Part shown: one piece after another, positions 16,208-25,728 of the stretch
How the letters are laid out: every line of letters starts with the position of its first letter
Numbering within the stretch: the first letter of the stretch is position 1
Virus record (IMG/VR): IMGVR_UViG_3300048861_000093
Span: 1 to 31,424 of that record
Source: a virus
Taxonomy: Duplodnaviria; Caudoviricetes
Reading direction: 5' to 3' (one strand)
Length of the DNA: 31,424 nt
Notes under the pieces: generated by a model
What the model was told of the DNA's origin: nothing
What the model saw: only the letters and a program-made list of their open reading frames with translations
Databases searched by the model: none
Made by a program: the position numbers and the translations under genes

Positions 16208-17128
16208 ATGCCAAGCGTAAATGAAACGGTCGGCGCACCGCATCAACTGGCCGCGGGCCTCGCAGCAGGGCTCGAAACGCTCTCCGAGAACCAGCAGATC
16301 GAGTTCACGCAGTACGAGCAGGTGGTTTTGCCGCTAGACGGATATGTTTTCTGGGTCAACTCGGGGGTGACTGTCCTTGCCCAAGGGTCTCTGCACCAGT
16401 CAATCGACCAGCAGCAGAACGAAGATGAGACGATGGCTGTCAACCGCATCGTTTTCACATCCAAGACACTGGTGGATGAGTTTAACGACATATCGCCCAC
16501 ATCGATCTACATCGGATTTTTTAACGGCGTGCGGTTCTCGTTCAATCGCCGCGGCCCGTATTACCAGCAAGCCGGGCTGTATCACTACATCGGCGACGCA
16601 GTCTATCCAGCGATGGAATCGCAGATCGTCGACAACCCAGCCGTTCTGATAGACCTCGATCCTGTCGTCTCAAACAGCCTTCCCGTCTGGCTGACGCTCA
16701 ACAAGTTCATGCCGATGTATCCCTCGTATCTGGTGCCGGCCAACATCGAGCCGCCGTACGCGGCGGTACATATCGACCCGGGCGACACCGAAGCCCTTGC
16801 GGCTGCTCCGCATTTCAGCAGCACCATGACGCACACGCAACTTGCGAAAGATAGTGTGCGCATCACGCTCTATGGCATGAATAGCCAGCAGGCGCTCGAC
16901 TTTCAGGACTACGTTTTCCAGTACAGCATGGACACCGATGACATCGGAGTCATGAATATGCCGATTATTCGGGACGAGAAGCGTACCCAGTCGGAGCTGA
17001 ACATCATCGCCATGAAAAAGGTCTTTGACGTTGATGTCTCGTATTACCAGACACGCGTGAACACCATCGCGCGTCAGTTCATCACAGAAGCCGTCGCGCA
17101 GTATCTGCCGCAACCCGATCCTTACTGA
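16208..17128 (+). CDS. Head-closure/tail-terminator region structural protein
   Basis: Position before sheath; 306 aa, possibly two domains. Confidence 0.6.
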   Translation: MPSVNETVGAPHQLAAGLAAGLETLSENQQIEFTQYEQVVLPLDGYVFWVNSGVTVLAQGSLHQSIDQQQNEDETMAVNRIVFTSKTLVDEFNDISPTSIYIGFFNGVRFSFNRRGPYYQQAGLYHYIGDAVYPAMESQIVDNPAVLIDLDPVVSNSLPVWLTLNKFMPMYPSYLVPANIEPPYAAVHIDPGDTEALAAAPHFSSTMTHTQLAKDSVRITLYGMNSQQALDFQDYVFQYSMDTDDIGVMNMPIIRDEKRTQSELNIIAMKKVFDVDVSYYQTRVNTIARQFITEAVAQYLPQPDPY

Positions 17129-17153
17129 TCGGTCATTTCCAAGCAAGCCATCC

Positions 17154-17176
17154 ACCCGCCTTGAGCGGGTTTTTTT
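17154..17176 (+). terminator. Intrinsic terminator
   Basis: ACCCGC-CTTGA-GCGGGT-TTTTTT. Confidence 0.8.
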
Positions 17177-17193
17177 ATTTCAGGAACCCGATC

Positions 17194-17553
17194 ATGCCGC
17201 AAGGTCCTCTGCAAGCCAACGTCGCAGTCAATCAAACCAGCCTCAAAAGCGCCCCCCTCCAGATCGATGGCAGCGGCAATCTGCTTGTCGGCAATGGCTC
17301 CGCAAACAAGCTGAACATCACCGCGGCCACTGTCGTGAAAGCGACGGCTGGTCGTGTTTGCACCGTGATTGTCAATGTCGCGGGCGCAGCTGGCACGTTG
17401 AATGACTGTGCCACGACCGGCGCAGTCGCAGCCGGCAATCTCGTCTTTGCGATTCCCGCGACAGTTGGTGTGTACAAGGTGGATTTCCCGTGCTCGACCG
17501 GCATCGTCGTTGCGCCCGGCGCCGCTCAAGTGGTTTCGGTGTCGTTCGACTAA
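17194..17553 (+). CDS. Small beta-rich virion protein
   Basis: AGGA RBS, ATG17194; A/V/G/T-rich. Confidence 0.7.
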   Translation: MPQGPLQANVAVNQTSLKSAPLQIDGSGNLLVGNGSANKLNITAATVVKATAGRVCTVIVNVAGAAGTLNDCATTGAVAAGNLVFAIPATVGVYKVDFPCSTGIVVAPGAAQVVSVSFD

Positions 17554-17565
17554 TCGGGAGCCGAA

Positions 17566-18945
17566 ATGGCAAATCAAATCGTTCAGGTGAATGTCACCCA
17601 GACGATTGCAGCGGCTCCCAGCACGCTGCAACGGACGGGTGCATTCATCTCCCAGGGCGGTACGACGCTCACCTCGGGGTCGAGCGCACTGCTCACCCAG
17701 CTTTCGGATCTCACGCCGATTCTGGCAGGATCGAAAGCAATCACGTCGATGGTGCTGGCCACTGGCGTTGTGACGGTCACCACGACGGCCCCTCATGGCT
17801 TCACGAATGGTGACGTCATGCAGGTCGTCATTGCAGGCGTGACCCCGTCTGCATACAACGGCACGCAGACGGCGACCATCACCGGCGCCAGCACGCTCAC
17901 GTTTCCACTGGCCGGATCGCCGGGCGCAGTGACGGTGCAGGGCACGGTCACGGATATTGACGTGTCCGAACTTCTGGCGATGGCAACGACATTTTTCGCT
18001 CAAGGCAGCAGCGCATCGGTCTACGTGCTCGAATTGGGCGCATCGTCCCCGGCGCATGGGGTGGCCGCACTCACGACCTACCTGACTGCCAACCCGCTGC
18101 AGTTCTATTCGTATCTGGTGCCGCGCGAATGGGCATCGGAACCGACGTTCCCGGCCCTGATTGCCAGCTACGAGGCCACGACAGCGAAGCAGTATTTCTT
18201 CGTGACCGTCACGCAGTCCAATTACACGAACTTCACCGCTTTGATGAAGTGCGTGTATATGGGCATCGAGGCGCCGACGATTCCCGCGACGGAATTCAGT
18301 CTGGCTGCGACGTTCTATGTCACGCTGAACTATTCGCCGAGTTCGACGAGTCAGGTCCCGCCCCTGTGCTTCGCGTTCCTGTCGGGCGTGACAGCCTACC
18401 CGAGCGCAGGCAATTCCGCTCTTCTGGCGACATTCAAGACCGCAAACGTCAACTATGTTGCGACTGGTGCTGAAGGCGGCATCAGCAACGCGATGATCAA
18501 GTGGGGGACGATGGCCGATGGCAATCCGTTCAACTACTGGTATTCAGTTGACTGGATGCAGATCAACGTCGATCTGAACGTCGCGAATGCGGTCATCAAT
18601 GGGTCGAACAATTCGCTCGCCCCGCTTTACTACGATCAGAACGGCGTCGACCGACTGCAGATCGTCTCGCAAAGCACCGCTGCACAAGGTGTCGCAGCGG
18701 GTCTGGCGCTCGGACCGGTGAACGCTTACTCACTCGCACCAGCCGACTTCATCAATCTGCTGACCGGCGGGAATGCACCGGTTGGTGTGATCGTGAACGC
18801 GGTGCCATTCGTGACGTATGTGACCCAAAACCCGCTGGACTATCCGCTCGGTAAATACGGCGGTCTCTCGATCGCCTATACGCCGGCTCGCGGGTTTACG
18901 ACGATCGTCTTCAACATCAACGTCAGCAACTTCGTTCCGGTCTAA
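17566..18945 (+). CDS. Tail sheath protein (DUF3383-like) with inserted beta domain
   Basis: IVQVNVT N-terminus, NYWYSVDWMQ, PLYYDQNG; upstream of tube. Confidence 0.85.
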   Translation: MANQIVQVNVTQTIAAAPSTLQRTGAFISQGGTTLTSGSSALLTQLSDLTPILAGSKAITSMVLATGVVTVTTTAPHGFTNGDVMQVVIAGVTPSAYNGTQTATITGASTLTFPLAGSPGAVTVQGTVTDIDVSELLAMATTFFAQGSSASVYVLELGASSPAHGVAALTTYLTANPLQFYSYLVPREWASEPTFPALIASYEATTAKQYFFVTVTQSNYTNFTALMKCVYMGIEAPTIPATEFSLAATFYVTLNYSPSSTSQVPPLCFAFLSGVTAYPSAGNSALLATFKTANVNYVATGAEGGISNAMIKWGTMADGNPFNYWYSVDWMQINVDLNVANAVINGSNNSLAPLYYDQNGVDRLQIVSQSTAAQGVAAGLALGPVNAYSLAPADFINLLTGGNAPVGVIVNAVPFVTYVTQNPLDYPLGKYGGLSIAYTPARGFTTIVFNINVSNFVPV

Positions 18946-18955
18946 GGGATAAAAC

Positions 18956-19405
18956 ATGGCTACTTCCAATCCCATGATCCAGCAGGGGACGCTGAACCGT
19001 CTTCGCGGCAGCGTCAAGTCTGTGAGCCTGCCGCAACTGAATGTGACGGCACCCTATCTGACGAAGGCGGGCATCACGATCGCGCCGGAAGGCGACGCGA
19101 CGACGGTGTTGCCGACAATGACGGGCGTCGTGACGAGCCCGGAGCCGTATCTCATCGTACGGGTGACGATCAACGTTCTGAAGACGAACGGGCTTGCCGC
19201 GGCTTACAAAAGCCAGTGGGAAGCGACAAGTGTGATCGGCGACATCGTTGTCACGCCGGACACGTCGGCCATTCCGACCATCACCGTGAATAACAGTTCG
19301 ATCGTCACTATCGGTGAGCTGAACATCGCGGGCGAAGAGCCAGGCTGGCAAATTGTGCTGACTGGCTACTACAACATCAACAACAACCTCTGGTCGCTGA
19401 CCTAA
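18956..19405 (+). CDS. Tail tube protein
   Basis: 149 aa beta-rich ORF after sheath. Confidence 0.8.
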   Translation: MATSNPMIQQGTLNRLRGSVKSVSLPQLNVTAPYLTKAGITIAPEGDATTVLPTMTGVVTSPEPYLIVRVTINVLKTNGLAAAYKSQWEATSVIGDIVVTPDTSAIPTITVNNSSIVTIGELNIAGEEPGWQIVLTGYYNINNNLWSLT

Positions 19406-19410
19406 CCGCC

Positions 19411-19983
19411 ATGCGAATTGACAAACGGCTTAATCTCGTCATCCCGCTCGAGGATGGTGAAAAGACCATCTACATTCACTCGATGCCGATCTCCCGTGAA
19501 GTGTTCGAAGCGAACATCTTCATCATCTCCAAGACGCTCAGCGTGCTGTACGAGGAAGGCCTGACCGTCTTCGCCGGCCCGCGCGTCGCTGCAATGATGA
19601 TGAAGAACATCGCCACCGAGCGCGGAATCTGGGAGGGTCCGTCCGGCGTCGAGAATGTACTGATGAACGAGATCCGCCGTCTGTCAAACGTGGTTCTGCC
19701 AGGCGAGAACGGATGGACGACGGTGCCGTTCTATGACGCGACCCGCAATGGGACTATCGACCCTGAGACGGCCGCCGAAGTAGAAGGGCAGATCGTTTTT
19801 TTTACCTGCGTCTCGCACATGCATCGGAGGAAGGAGATCCCAGCCCTTCTGCATGGCATGAACGAGATCTGGGATTCGCAAAATACATCGTTCAACTCTA
19901 CGGAGTGGATGAACTCTTTGCCGACATCGACGCCGGAAGAGAATATTGGCGCGACGGCAACTCCCTCACTCATTCCGTCCTGA
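19411..19983 (+). CDS. Tail assembly chaperone (G-like)
   Basis: Between tube and tape measure; contains slippery T TTT TTT. Confidence 0.78.
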   Translation: MRIDKRLNLVIPLEDGEKTIYIHSMPISREVFEANIFIISKTLSVLYEEGLTVFAGPRVAAMMMKNIATERGIWEGPSGVENVLMNEIRRLSNVVLPGENGWTTVPFYDATRNGTIDPETAAEVEGQIVFFTCVSHMHRRKEIPALLHGMNEIWDSQNTSFNSTEWMNSLPTSTPEENIGATATPSLIPS

Positions 19984-20108
19984 CCTACATCACCGGGGCC
20001 GGGTTCGGCCGATTCTTTGGTCAATACGACCTGCCCCAGACGACTGCGCATGAATTCCGGCAGCGTCACCTGATCATGGCCCTGAGGGCTAACCGGAGTG
20101 GAATCTGA
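19797..20108 (+). CDS. -1 frameshift extension of chaperone (GT-like, ~232 aa fusion)
   Basis: -1 frame open from T8 run (19796-19803) to TGA20108, which overlaps TMP ATG. Confidence 0.7.
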   Translation, partial: FFYLRLAHASEEGDPSPSAWHERDLGFAKYIVQLYGVDELFADIDAGREYWRDGNSLTHSVLTYITGAGFGRFFGQYDLPQTTAHEFRQRHLIMALRANRSGI

Positions 20109-21922
20109 TGGGCGCCAAGTCGATCATTACCGTTGACGTACGCGATCAGGCGTGGAAAGACTTTCAGAAAAGTTTTTCTAAGTATCAGTCAGCGTTAGCT
20201 AACCAGCCTACGGTCTGGTCGAAGATCAACGCCTCTTTCGCTGCGCACAAGAAGCAACTCGGGTCATTGCCGGCGACGTGGGGCCTGATCGGGAAGGCTG
20301 CCAACGCTGCAGTCAATCCGTTTATCAAGATCGCCGCGGCGACGGCAGTCATGAATGCGCGCATCAAGGCTGCTCCGACCTTCATGGGCAAGCTCAAGGT
20401 AGTAGCGCAATCCACGGTTGGCGTGTTCGATCGCGTTGCAAAGGGGGCGTTCTCAATCGCTAAGGGAATCGGGAAAGCGACGCTGGGGCTGCTGAAATGG
20501 GCAGGTATCGCGTCTATCTTTTCCGGGCTTCTGGGCGGCGCAGGCCTCTTCGGTCTGGATCGTCTCGCGGCATCGGCGGGAAATAGCCGACGCGACGCGC
20601 AGGGGTTTGGTCTTACGCCCGGTGATCTGAAATCAGCGCAGATCAACTTCGCTAAATTCACGGACGTCAACTCGGCTCTCGAGAATGTAGCGAACACCCG
20701 CTCGGACCTCAGCAAGCGGTGGATCTTCAACGCGCTTGGCGTTAATCCCGATCAGGGATCGAACGTCGACGTGCTTGGGCAGTCCCTGAAGTCGGCCAAG
20801 CATACGTTTGAGCGCACCGGCATGACCCAGCAGGGAGCCGACGCATATGGCCTGACGCAGTTGTTCAGCATGGACGATCTGCGTCGTCTCCATGCGATGA
20901 CCGATCAGGAAATTGATGATGCGATCAAGAAACAGCGAACCGATCGCGAGGCGCTCGCTGTAAGCGACGACACGCTGAAGGGCTGGCAGAGCCTGCAAAT
21001 CCAGTTGGATAAGGCTGGCTCGCAGATCGAGAACGTGCTGATCAAGAAATTGTCCGGTCTATCCGGGCCGCTCTCGCAACTCTCGCAGGCCGTGGCCGAC
21101 GCGATCGGCATGATCACGAGTGACCCAGCGCTGCCCGGATACATCAAGGATTTCGGCGACAAGATCAGGGAGTTCGCCAAATATCTCACGTCTGACCAGT
21201 TCAAGTCGGATCTGAGCGAATTCGTAGATGGCGTCAAGAAGGCAACGGCGGCGCTCAAAGATCTGTTCGGATGGATTTACGACAAGCTGACGGCGCTCGG
21301 CATCATCAAGCCTCAGCCAGTTGCGAGCGGCGCGGCTGATGGGCAGCTTCCGCGCAAGCCGTCCGACTGGGACAGGAAAGCGCCGTCGATGATCGACAAC
21401 CTGGCGTGGAAAGTCCAGCAGTGGAGCGGCACGCCAGGATACTTCTCGGAATTCGAGAAAAAGAACGGATTGCCGGCGGGCACGCTCGCAAAGATCCAGT
21501 CTGTAGAGTTCTCGCGCAAGAAAGATCTGAGCCTCGCTGTATCGCCTGTCGGCGCCAAGGGTCCTTTCCAGTTCATGGAAGGAACCGCTAAACAGTACGG
21601 CTTGGACGATCCGTTCAATCTTCACGATTCCGCAGAGGCGGCAGCTCGGAAGATGCGCGACCTGATGAAAATGTTCAATGGCGACATTGAGAAGGCCTAC
21701 GCCGCATACAACTGGGGCGAAGGCAATCTCAAGAAGGACATCGAACAACATGGCGGCGACTGGAAGGCATTTGCGCCGAAGGAAACCCGTGATTACGTGT
21801 CGAAATTGACGGGCGCCCCCACGCGGACCACGACTGCACAGCATCAGGGATCGCAGACGATCACCATCAACAACAACACAGGCGGAAACGCCGCTGTTAC
21901 CACTAACGCACTGGCTTACTAA
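20108..21922 (+). CDS. Tape measure protein with C-terminal lytic transglycosylase (SLT) domain
   Basis: Ala/Lys helical body; SVEFS, GAKGPFQFM..TA, AYAAYNWGEGN, ETRDYV. Confidence 0.9.
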   Translation: MGAKSIITVDVRDQAWKDFQKSFSKYQSALANQPTVWSKINASFAAHKKQLGSLPATWGLIGKAANAAVNPFIKIAAATAVMNARIKAAPTFMGKLKVVAQSTVGVFDRVAKGAFSIAKGIGKATLGLLKWAGIASIFSGLLGGAGLFGLDRLAASAGNSRRDAQGFGLTPGDLKSAQINFAKFTDVNSALENVANTRSDLSKRWIFNALGVNPDQGSNVDVLGQSLKSAKHTFERTGMTQQGADAYGLTQLFSMDDLRRLHAMTDQEIDDAIKKQRTDREALAVSDDTLKGWQSLQIQLDKAGSQIENVLIKKLSGLSGPLSQLSQAVADAIGMITSDPALPGYIKDFGDKIREFAKYLTSDQFKSDLSEFVDGVKKATAALKDLFGWIYDKLTALGIIKPQPVASGAADGQLPRKPSDWDRKAPSMIDNLAWKVQQWSGTPGYFSEFEKKNGLPAGTLAKIQSVEFSRKKDLSLAVSPVGAKGPFQFMEGTAKQYGLDDPFNLHDSAEAAARKMRDLMKMFNGDIEKAYAAYNWGEGNLKKDIEQHGGDWKAFAPKETRDYVSKLTGAPTRTTTAQHQGSQTITINNNTGGNAAVTTNALAY

Positions 21923-22671
21923 TGTCGTTCACGCGAGATATTTTCCGGCTTGGCTATGAGATCAGCCCGATTATTCTCACGGGCGGCATTGCCAGTGCGA
22001 TCCCTGGTGGCATGCTGCCTATTGTTGCGATCACGCAGGCTACCGATTTTACGCTCGGTCTGCTGACGGGTTCGGTAGACATCAATCTTGATGATTTCTT
22101 CGCACACTTCAAGGTCTTGCCGGGCGGCACGCTGGCAAACAACCAGATCGGCATGTATCCGTTTGCGAACCAGACGGTAGCGGCTAATGCAATTGTCGCT
22201 CAGCCCCTGAACGTATCGCTCGAGATGCTCTGCCCCGCCAACACGACGGGAGGCTATCTCTCAAAATTGCTGACGATCACTGCGCTCAAGCAGGTCATTG
22301 ATCAGCACAATTTTGCTGGCGGCACTTACACGGTGGCGACGCCGTCGTATCTCTACACAAATTGCGTCATGCTCGGATTCCGCGATACGTCCGATATGTC
22401 CACGAAGCAGGTTCAGGAGCGCTGGCAGTTGGACTTCCTGCAGCCTCTGATTTCCCAGTCCGATGCAAACCAGGTATTCAGTTCGCTGATGAGTAAGATC
22501 GCTGGAGGCCTGCCGCAGACCGGTACGCCTACGTGGTCCGGACTGGCGTCCTCGATCGGTAGCACGGTGAGCGGCGCGGCCTCCAGCGTTCTGTCGAGCG
22601 CACAGAACCTCGTCGGCACGGCAGTCAGCGGCGTTCAGTCGGGCGTCAGCTCCATTACGAGCGCGCTATGA
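21922..22671 (+). CDS. Baseplate/tail tube initiator protein
   Basis: Follows TMP; GTYTVATPSYLYTNC motif. Confidence 0.7.
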   Translation: MSFTRDIFRLGYEISPIILTGGIASAIPGGMLPIVAITQATDFTLGLLTGSVDINLDDFFAHFKVLPGGTLANNQIGMYPFANQTVAANAIVAQPLNVSLEMLCPANTTGGYLSKLLTITALKQVIDQHNFAGGTYTVATPSYLYTNCVMLGFRDTSDMSTKQVQERWQLDFLQPLISQSDANQVFSSLMSKIAGGLPQTGTPTWSGLASSIGSTVSGAASSVLSSAQNLVGTAVSGVQSGVSSITSAL

Positions 22672-22943
22672 CCACAACCTACTTCAATTTCTCACCGTCC
22701 ACGTCGTCGCAGTTCACCTTTCAGCCGACGCTGGATGGTCAGGTCTATACGGTTACGGTGCCGTGGAGCCTATTCGGCGAGCGGTATTACGTCCAGATCG
22801 CAACGCTGCAGGGAACCGTGGTCGTGCTGTTGCCACTTATTGGCTCGCCGCCTGATTACGATATTTCCCTTACTGCCGGCTATTTCAGCACCACGCTTGT
22901 TTATCGCGCGTCAACAAACCAGTTTGAAGTGACTTCGGCCTGA
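22668..22943 (+). CDS. Small baseplate protein
   Basis: FTFQPTLDG...W...RYY; coupled. Confidence 0.7.
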   Translation: MTTTYFNFSPSTSSQFTFQPTLDGQVYTVTVPWSLFGERYYVQIATLQGTVVVLLPLIGSPPDYDISLTAGYFSTTLVYRASTNQFEVTSA

Positions 22944-24028
22944 TGCGTTACTACACGATCAAAATCGTCGACCCAACATCGGGCCAGACGCTTATTCCTG
23001 ATCCGACCGGCACGGTTGGCTTTGTCGCGGCGCAGTCTGGGTCTGCGACAACGGGCAGCGGCGCACCACTTGCCTTCAGCAGTTCATCTCAGACCGGAGA
23101 CAACTCTGCAACATGGACGAGTCTCGTCAATGGCGCAACGATTCCCGGCGCGCTCAATATCGAACTTGACGTACCTCTGTACGATTTCGCCAGCCCGACC
23201 GGCGCCGCGGTGCTCCGCGTGTGGGGCGTTGGCCTGCGTCAGATCGGACAGTCGTCAGACCTTAACGGCAAGACGATCCAGATCTATGCGGGCATGGCTA
23301 AGGGATTGCCGCTCGCCAACCCGGCTGAAGCAGGGTTGATATTGCAGGGCACGATCTTTCAGGCGTTCGGTAACTGGCAGGGCGTCAATCAAAGTCTGGA
23401 CTTTGTGATTTATCCGGAGACAGGCTCGGCGGACTCGCCGATGAACATCGTCATCGACTGGAAGGCAGGAATCACGCTTGATCAGGCGATCGCCTCGACG
23501 CTGAAGACGGCGTTTCCGTCATACACGCAGACGATCAAAATCAGCCCGAAGCTCGTGCTGCCAAGCGACGAGCCGGGCTATCACCAGACGCTCGGACAGT
23601 TTGCTCGCTACATCAACGAGATCAGCAAGAAGATCATTGGTGGCACGTACAGCGGCGTCCGGATGGTCATCAAGAACGGATCGTTTTATGTCTATGACGG
23701 AACGACGACCACAACGCCGAAAGCGATTGCCTTTACCGACCTGATCGGACAGCCGACCTGGATAGATCTTGCCACCGTGCAGATTGCTTGCGTCCTGAGA
23801 GCTGATATTCAGGTGGGCGATTACATCTCGTTGCCTCAGACGCAGACCGTCGTGTCGGCACAGTCTTATTCGACGTACCGCAATACACTGGTTTTCCAGG
23901 GCACGTTTCAGGTCAACTACGTCCGCCACGTCGGAAATTTTCGCCAGCCTGACGGCACATCGTGGATTACGGTCATTGATGCCGTCACGGTGCCGTCAAC
24001 CAGCGGATCGGCCACCACCACATCGTGA
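22943..24028 (+). CDS. Baseplate hub protein
   Basis: LRVWG, IQIYAG, DLIGQP, HVGNFR; position. Confidence 0.75.
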   Translation: MRYYTIKIVDPTSGQTLIPDPTGTVGFVAAQSGSATTGSGAPLAFSSSSQTGDNSATWTSLVNGATIPGALNIELDVPLYDFASPTGAAVLRVWGVGLRQIGQSSDLNGKTIQIYAGMAKGLPLANPAEAGLILQGTIFQAFGNWQGVNQSLDFVIYPETGSADSPMNIVIDWKAGITLDQAIASTLKTAFPSYTQTIKISPKLVLPSDEPGYHQTLGQFARYINEISKKIIGGTYSGVRMVIKNGSFYVYDGTTTTTPKAIAFTDLIGQPTWIDLATVQIACVLRADIQVGDYISLPQTQTVVSAQSYSTYRNTLVFQGTFQVNYVRHVGNFRQPDGTSWITVIDAVTVPSTSGSATTTS

Positions 24029-24034
24029 GATTCA

Positions 24035-24751
24035 ATGGCTGATCATCTTAAAACTCCGCTCGCGAAGTCGCTCAGCAGCTTCGCGGAAAAGAAGATAAAC
24101 GATGCGTTCCAGCTGACTGGGAAGGGCCTCCCCTGCTCAGTCGTGAAAGTTTCGGGCGCGATCGTAACGGTCAAGTTTGAAGTTCAGAACATCCCGTTCA
24201 CTCTGCCCCAGGTAACCATTCCGCTGTTCGGACCCGAGTACATCCGTTACCCGATCCAGCAGGGAGACAAAGGCGTCGTCGTGCCGTTCGATGCATATCT
24301 TGGCGGGGTCAGTGGGCTCGGCGGTGGGGTCGCCGACCTGACGCCGCGGGCCAATCTGTCGGCCCTCGTTTTCCTGCCAATCGGGAATAAGCTTTGGTCG
24401 GCGGTCGACCCAAACACCGTCACGATTTACGGCCCGAATGGTGTCGTTCTTCGGGATACGGGAAGCGGATCGGTTATCACGCTGACGCCGACGAGTATCT
24501 CGATGGTGTCGCCAAGCTCTATCACGCTTAAGACTGGCGCCACAACCATGACTTTGACGCCTTCTGGCTGGAGCATCACTGGAACGAACGGATCACTGTC
24601 AGACGGCTCGCATACAACGTCTGTTGCGCTGATGAACACCGTCTGGGCCGCCTTGGTCAGTTGGGCAAACTCGCACACGCACCCAGTCACTACGGGTGGT
24701 ACGGCGACCGCAACTAATACGCCCTATTCTGGCGGAAACATCGCCCCTTAG
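24035..24751 (+). CDS. Baseplate central spike
   Basis: OB-fold-like N-terminus (YPIQQGDKG), beta repeats, apex SHTH motif. Confidence 0.82.
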   Translation: MADHLKTPLAKSLSSFAEKKINDAFQLTGKGLPCSVVKVSGAIVTVKFEVQNIPFTLPQVTIPLFGPEYIRYPIQQGDKGVVVPFDAYLGGVSGLGGGVADLTPRANLSALVFLPIGNKLWSAVDPNTVTIYGPNGVVLRDTGSGSVITLTPTSISMVSPSSITLKTGATTMTLTPSGWSITGTNGSLSDGSHTTSVALMNTVWAALVSWANSHTHPVTTGGTATATNTPYSGGNIAP

Positions 24752-25278
24752 TCTTCTCCGTTCGCACGCAATGCGGCCTGAACAGCTTCAGCATTGCGTG
24801 CCGTGTTGATTGCCGTATTCTGGATCACTCCACACTCCGGGCATATCCACTCCGCAGTTACGGGCGGCGATGGCAGGAAGTAGCCACAGTCGAAGCAACG
24901 CGTGTCGACCGGATATTCGACCTTGACTGCGGGCGCCATCCCGCCTGAATACGAAATCGCAATTGCGTATGTTGCTGGCCCGTCGTCCGCCGTCCGGAAT
25001 TTTGGATACGTCGCGCGCCCAGCCCTGAAGTCCAGAAAGTCTGCGTCAAGCCTGCGCAGAGATTGCCGAAGCGGTTTCTCCGGAACCGTCGAAAGGAATC
25101 TGTACTGCTGCATCCCTTTGAGCACCATCAGTGACGCATAGGTTTCGTTATAGCCGATTCGCGTCTGCCGCCGATACCACGTGTCGGCACAAAGCTTCAG
25201 CGCGTAGTTATAGACGAACCGCACGCAACGCAGTGTGCGAGCCCGATCAGTCGAAAGGTTGAGAGGGTTGTTTGTCAT
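24748..25278 (-). CDS. Miniature TnpB (IS200/IS605 OrfB)-derived protein lacking RuvC/WED core
   Basis: CVRFVYNYAL...PLRQSLRRLD..F...RATYPKFR joined to CFDCG...WICPECG...INTARN. Confidence 0.8.
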   Translation of the reverse strand: MTNNPLNLSTDRARTLRCVRFVYNYALKLCADTWYRRQTRIGYNETYASLMVLKGMQQYRFLSTVPEKPLRQSLRRLDADFLDFRAGRATYPKFRTADDGPATYAIAISYSGGMAPAVKVEYPVDTRCFDCGYFLPSPPVTAEWICPECGVIQNTAINTARNAEAVQAALRANGED

Positions 25279-25320
25279 GGGCGGATTTCATTTAGCCAAA
25301 ATCATACTCCAGAGGATTGA

Positions 25321-25671
25321 ATGGCCCTTCGAACCTATGGCCGCACCTATAACGAGGACGGAACCTATCAGTGGGTCGAGGTCACGACCGATAGCGCAGG
25401 CTTTAACGACGAAGTCTGGCTGACCACGCTGATCCAGTGCCTGAAACTCAATCTTAACGAATCACCGTTCTACGCACAGTACGGTATTCCAGCCCAACAG
25501 AGCGTCGTCCAGCAGGTGTTCCCGGACTTCTATGTAACGCGAACGCAAACACAGTTCGCGCAGTATTTTGCTTCGCTTGTCATTAACAAGCAGTGAAATC
25601 CAACGCCCACCTATGCCGTGAGCGTGATTACAAACCAGGGTTCAAAGCTGACGGCGCAGATCCCCGTCTGA
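25321..25671 (+). pseudogene. Baseplate wedge/sheath-initiator-like gene with in-frame TGA at 25594-25596
   Basis: GAGGA RBS; LNLNESPFYAQYGIP; frame continues NPTPTYAVSVITNQGSKLTAQIPV* to just before a terminator. Confidence 0.7.
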
Positions 25672-25685
25672 CACTTAAAAGTACC

Positions 25686-25709
25686 AAGCCGCCGCCGAGC
25701 GGCTTTTTT
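25686..25709 (+). terminator. Intrinsic terminator
   Basis: AAGCCGC-CGCCGA-GCGGCTT-TTTT. Confidence 0.75.
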
Positions 25710-25728
25710 AATGCCCAGCGAAAATACC

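Noticed and set aside
24748-25320. Active IS200/IS605 element
   Set aside because: No tnpA, no terminal hairpins or right end, nuclease core deleted
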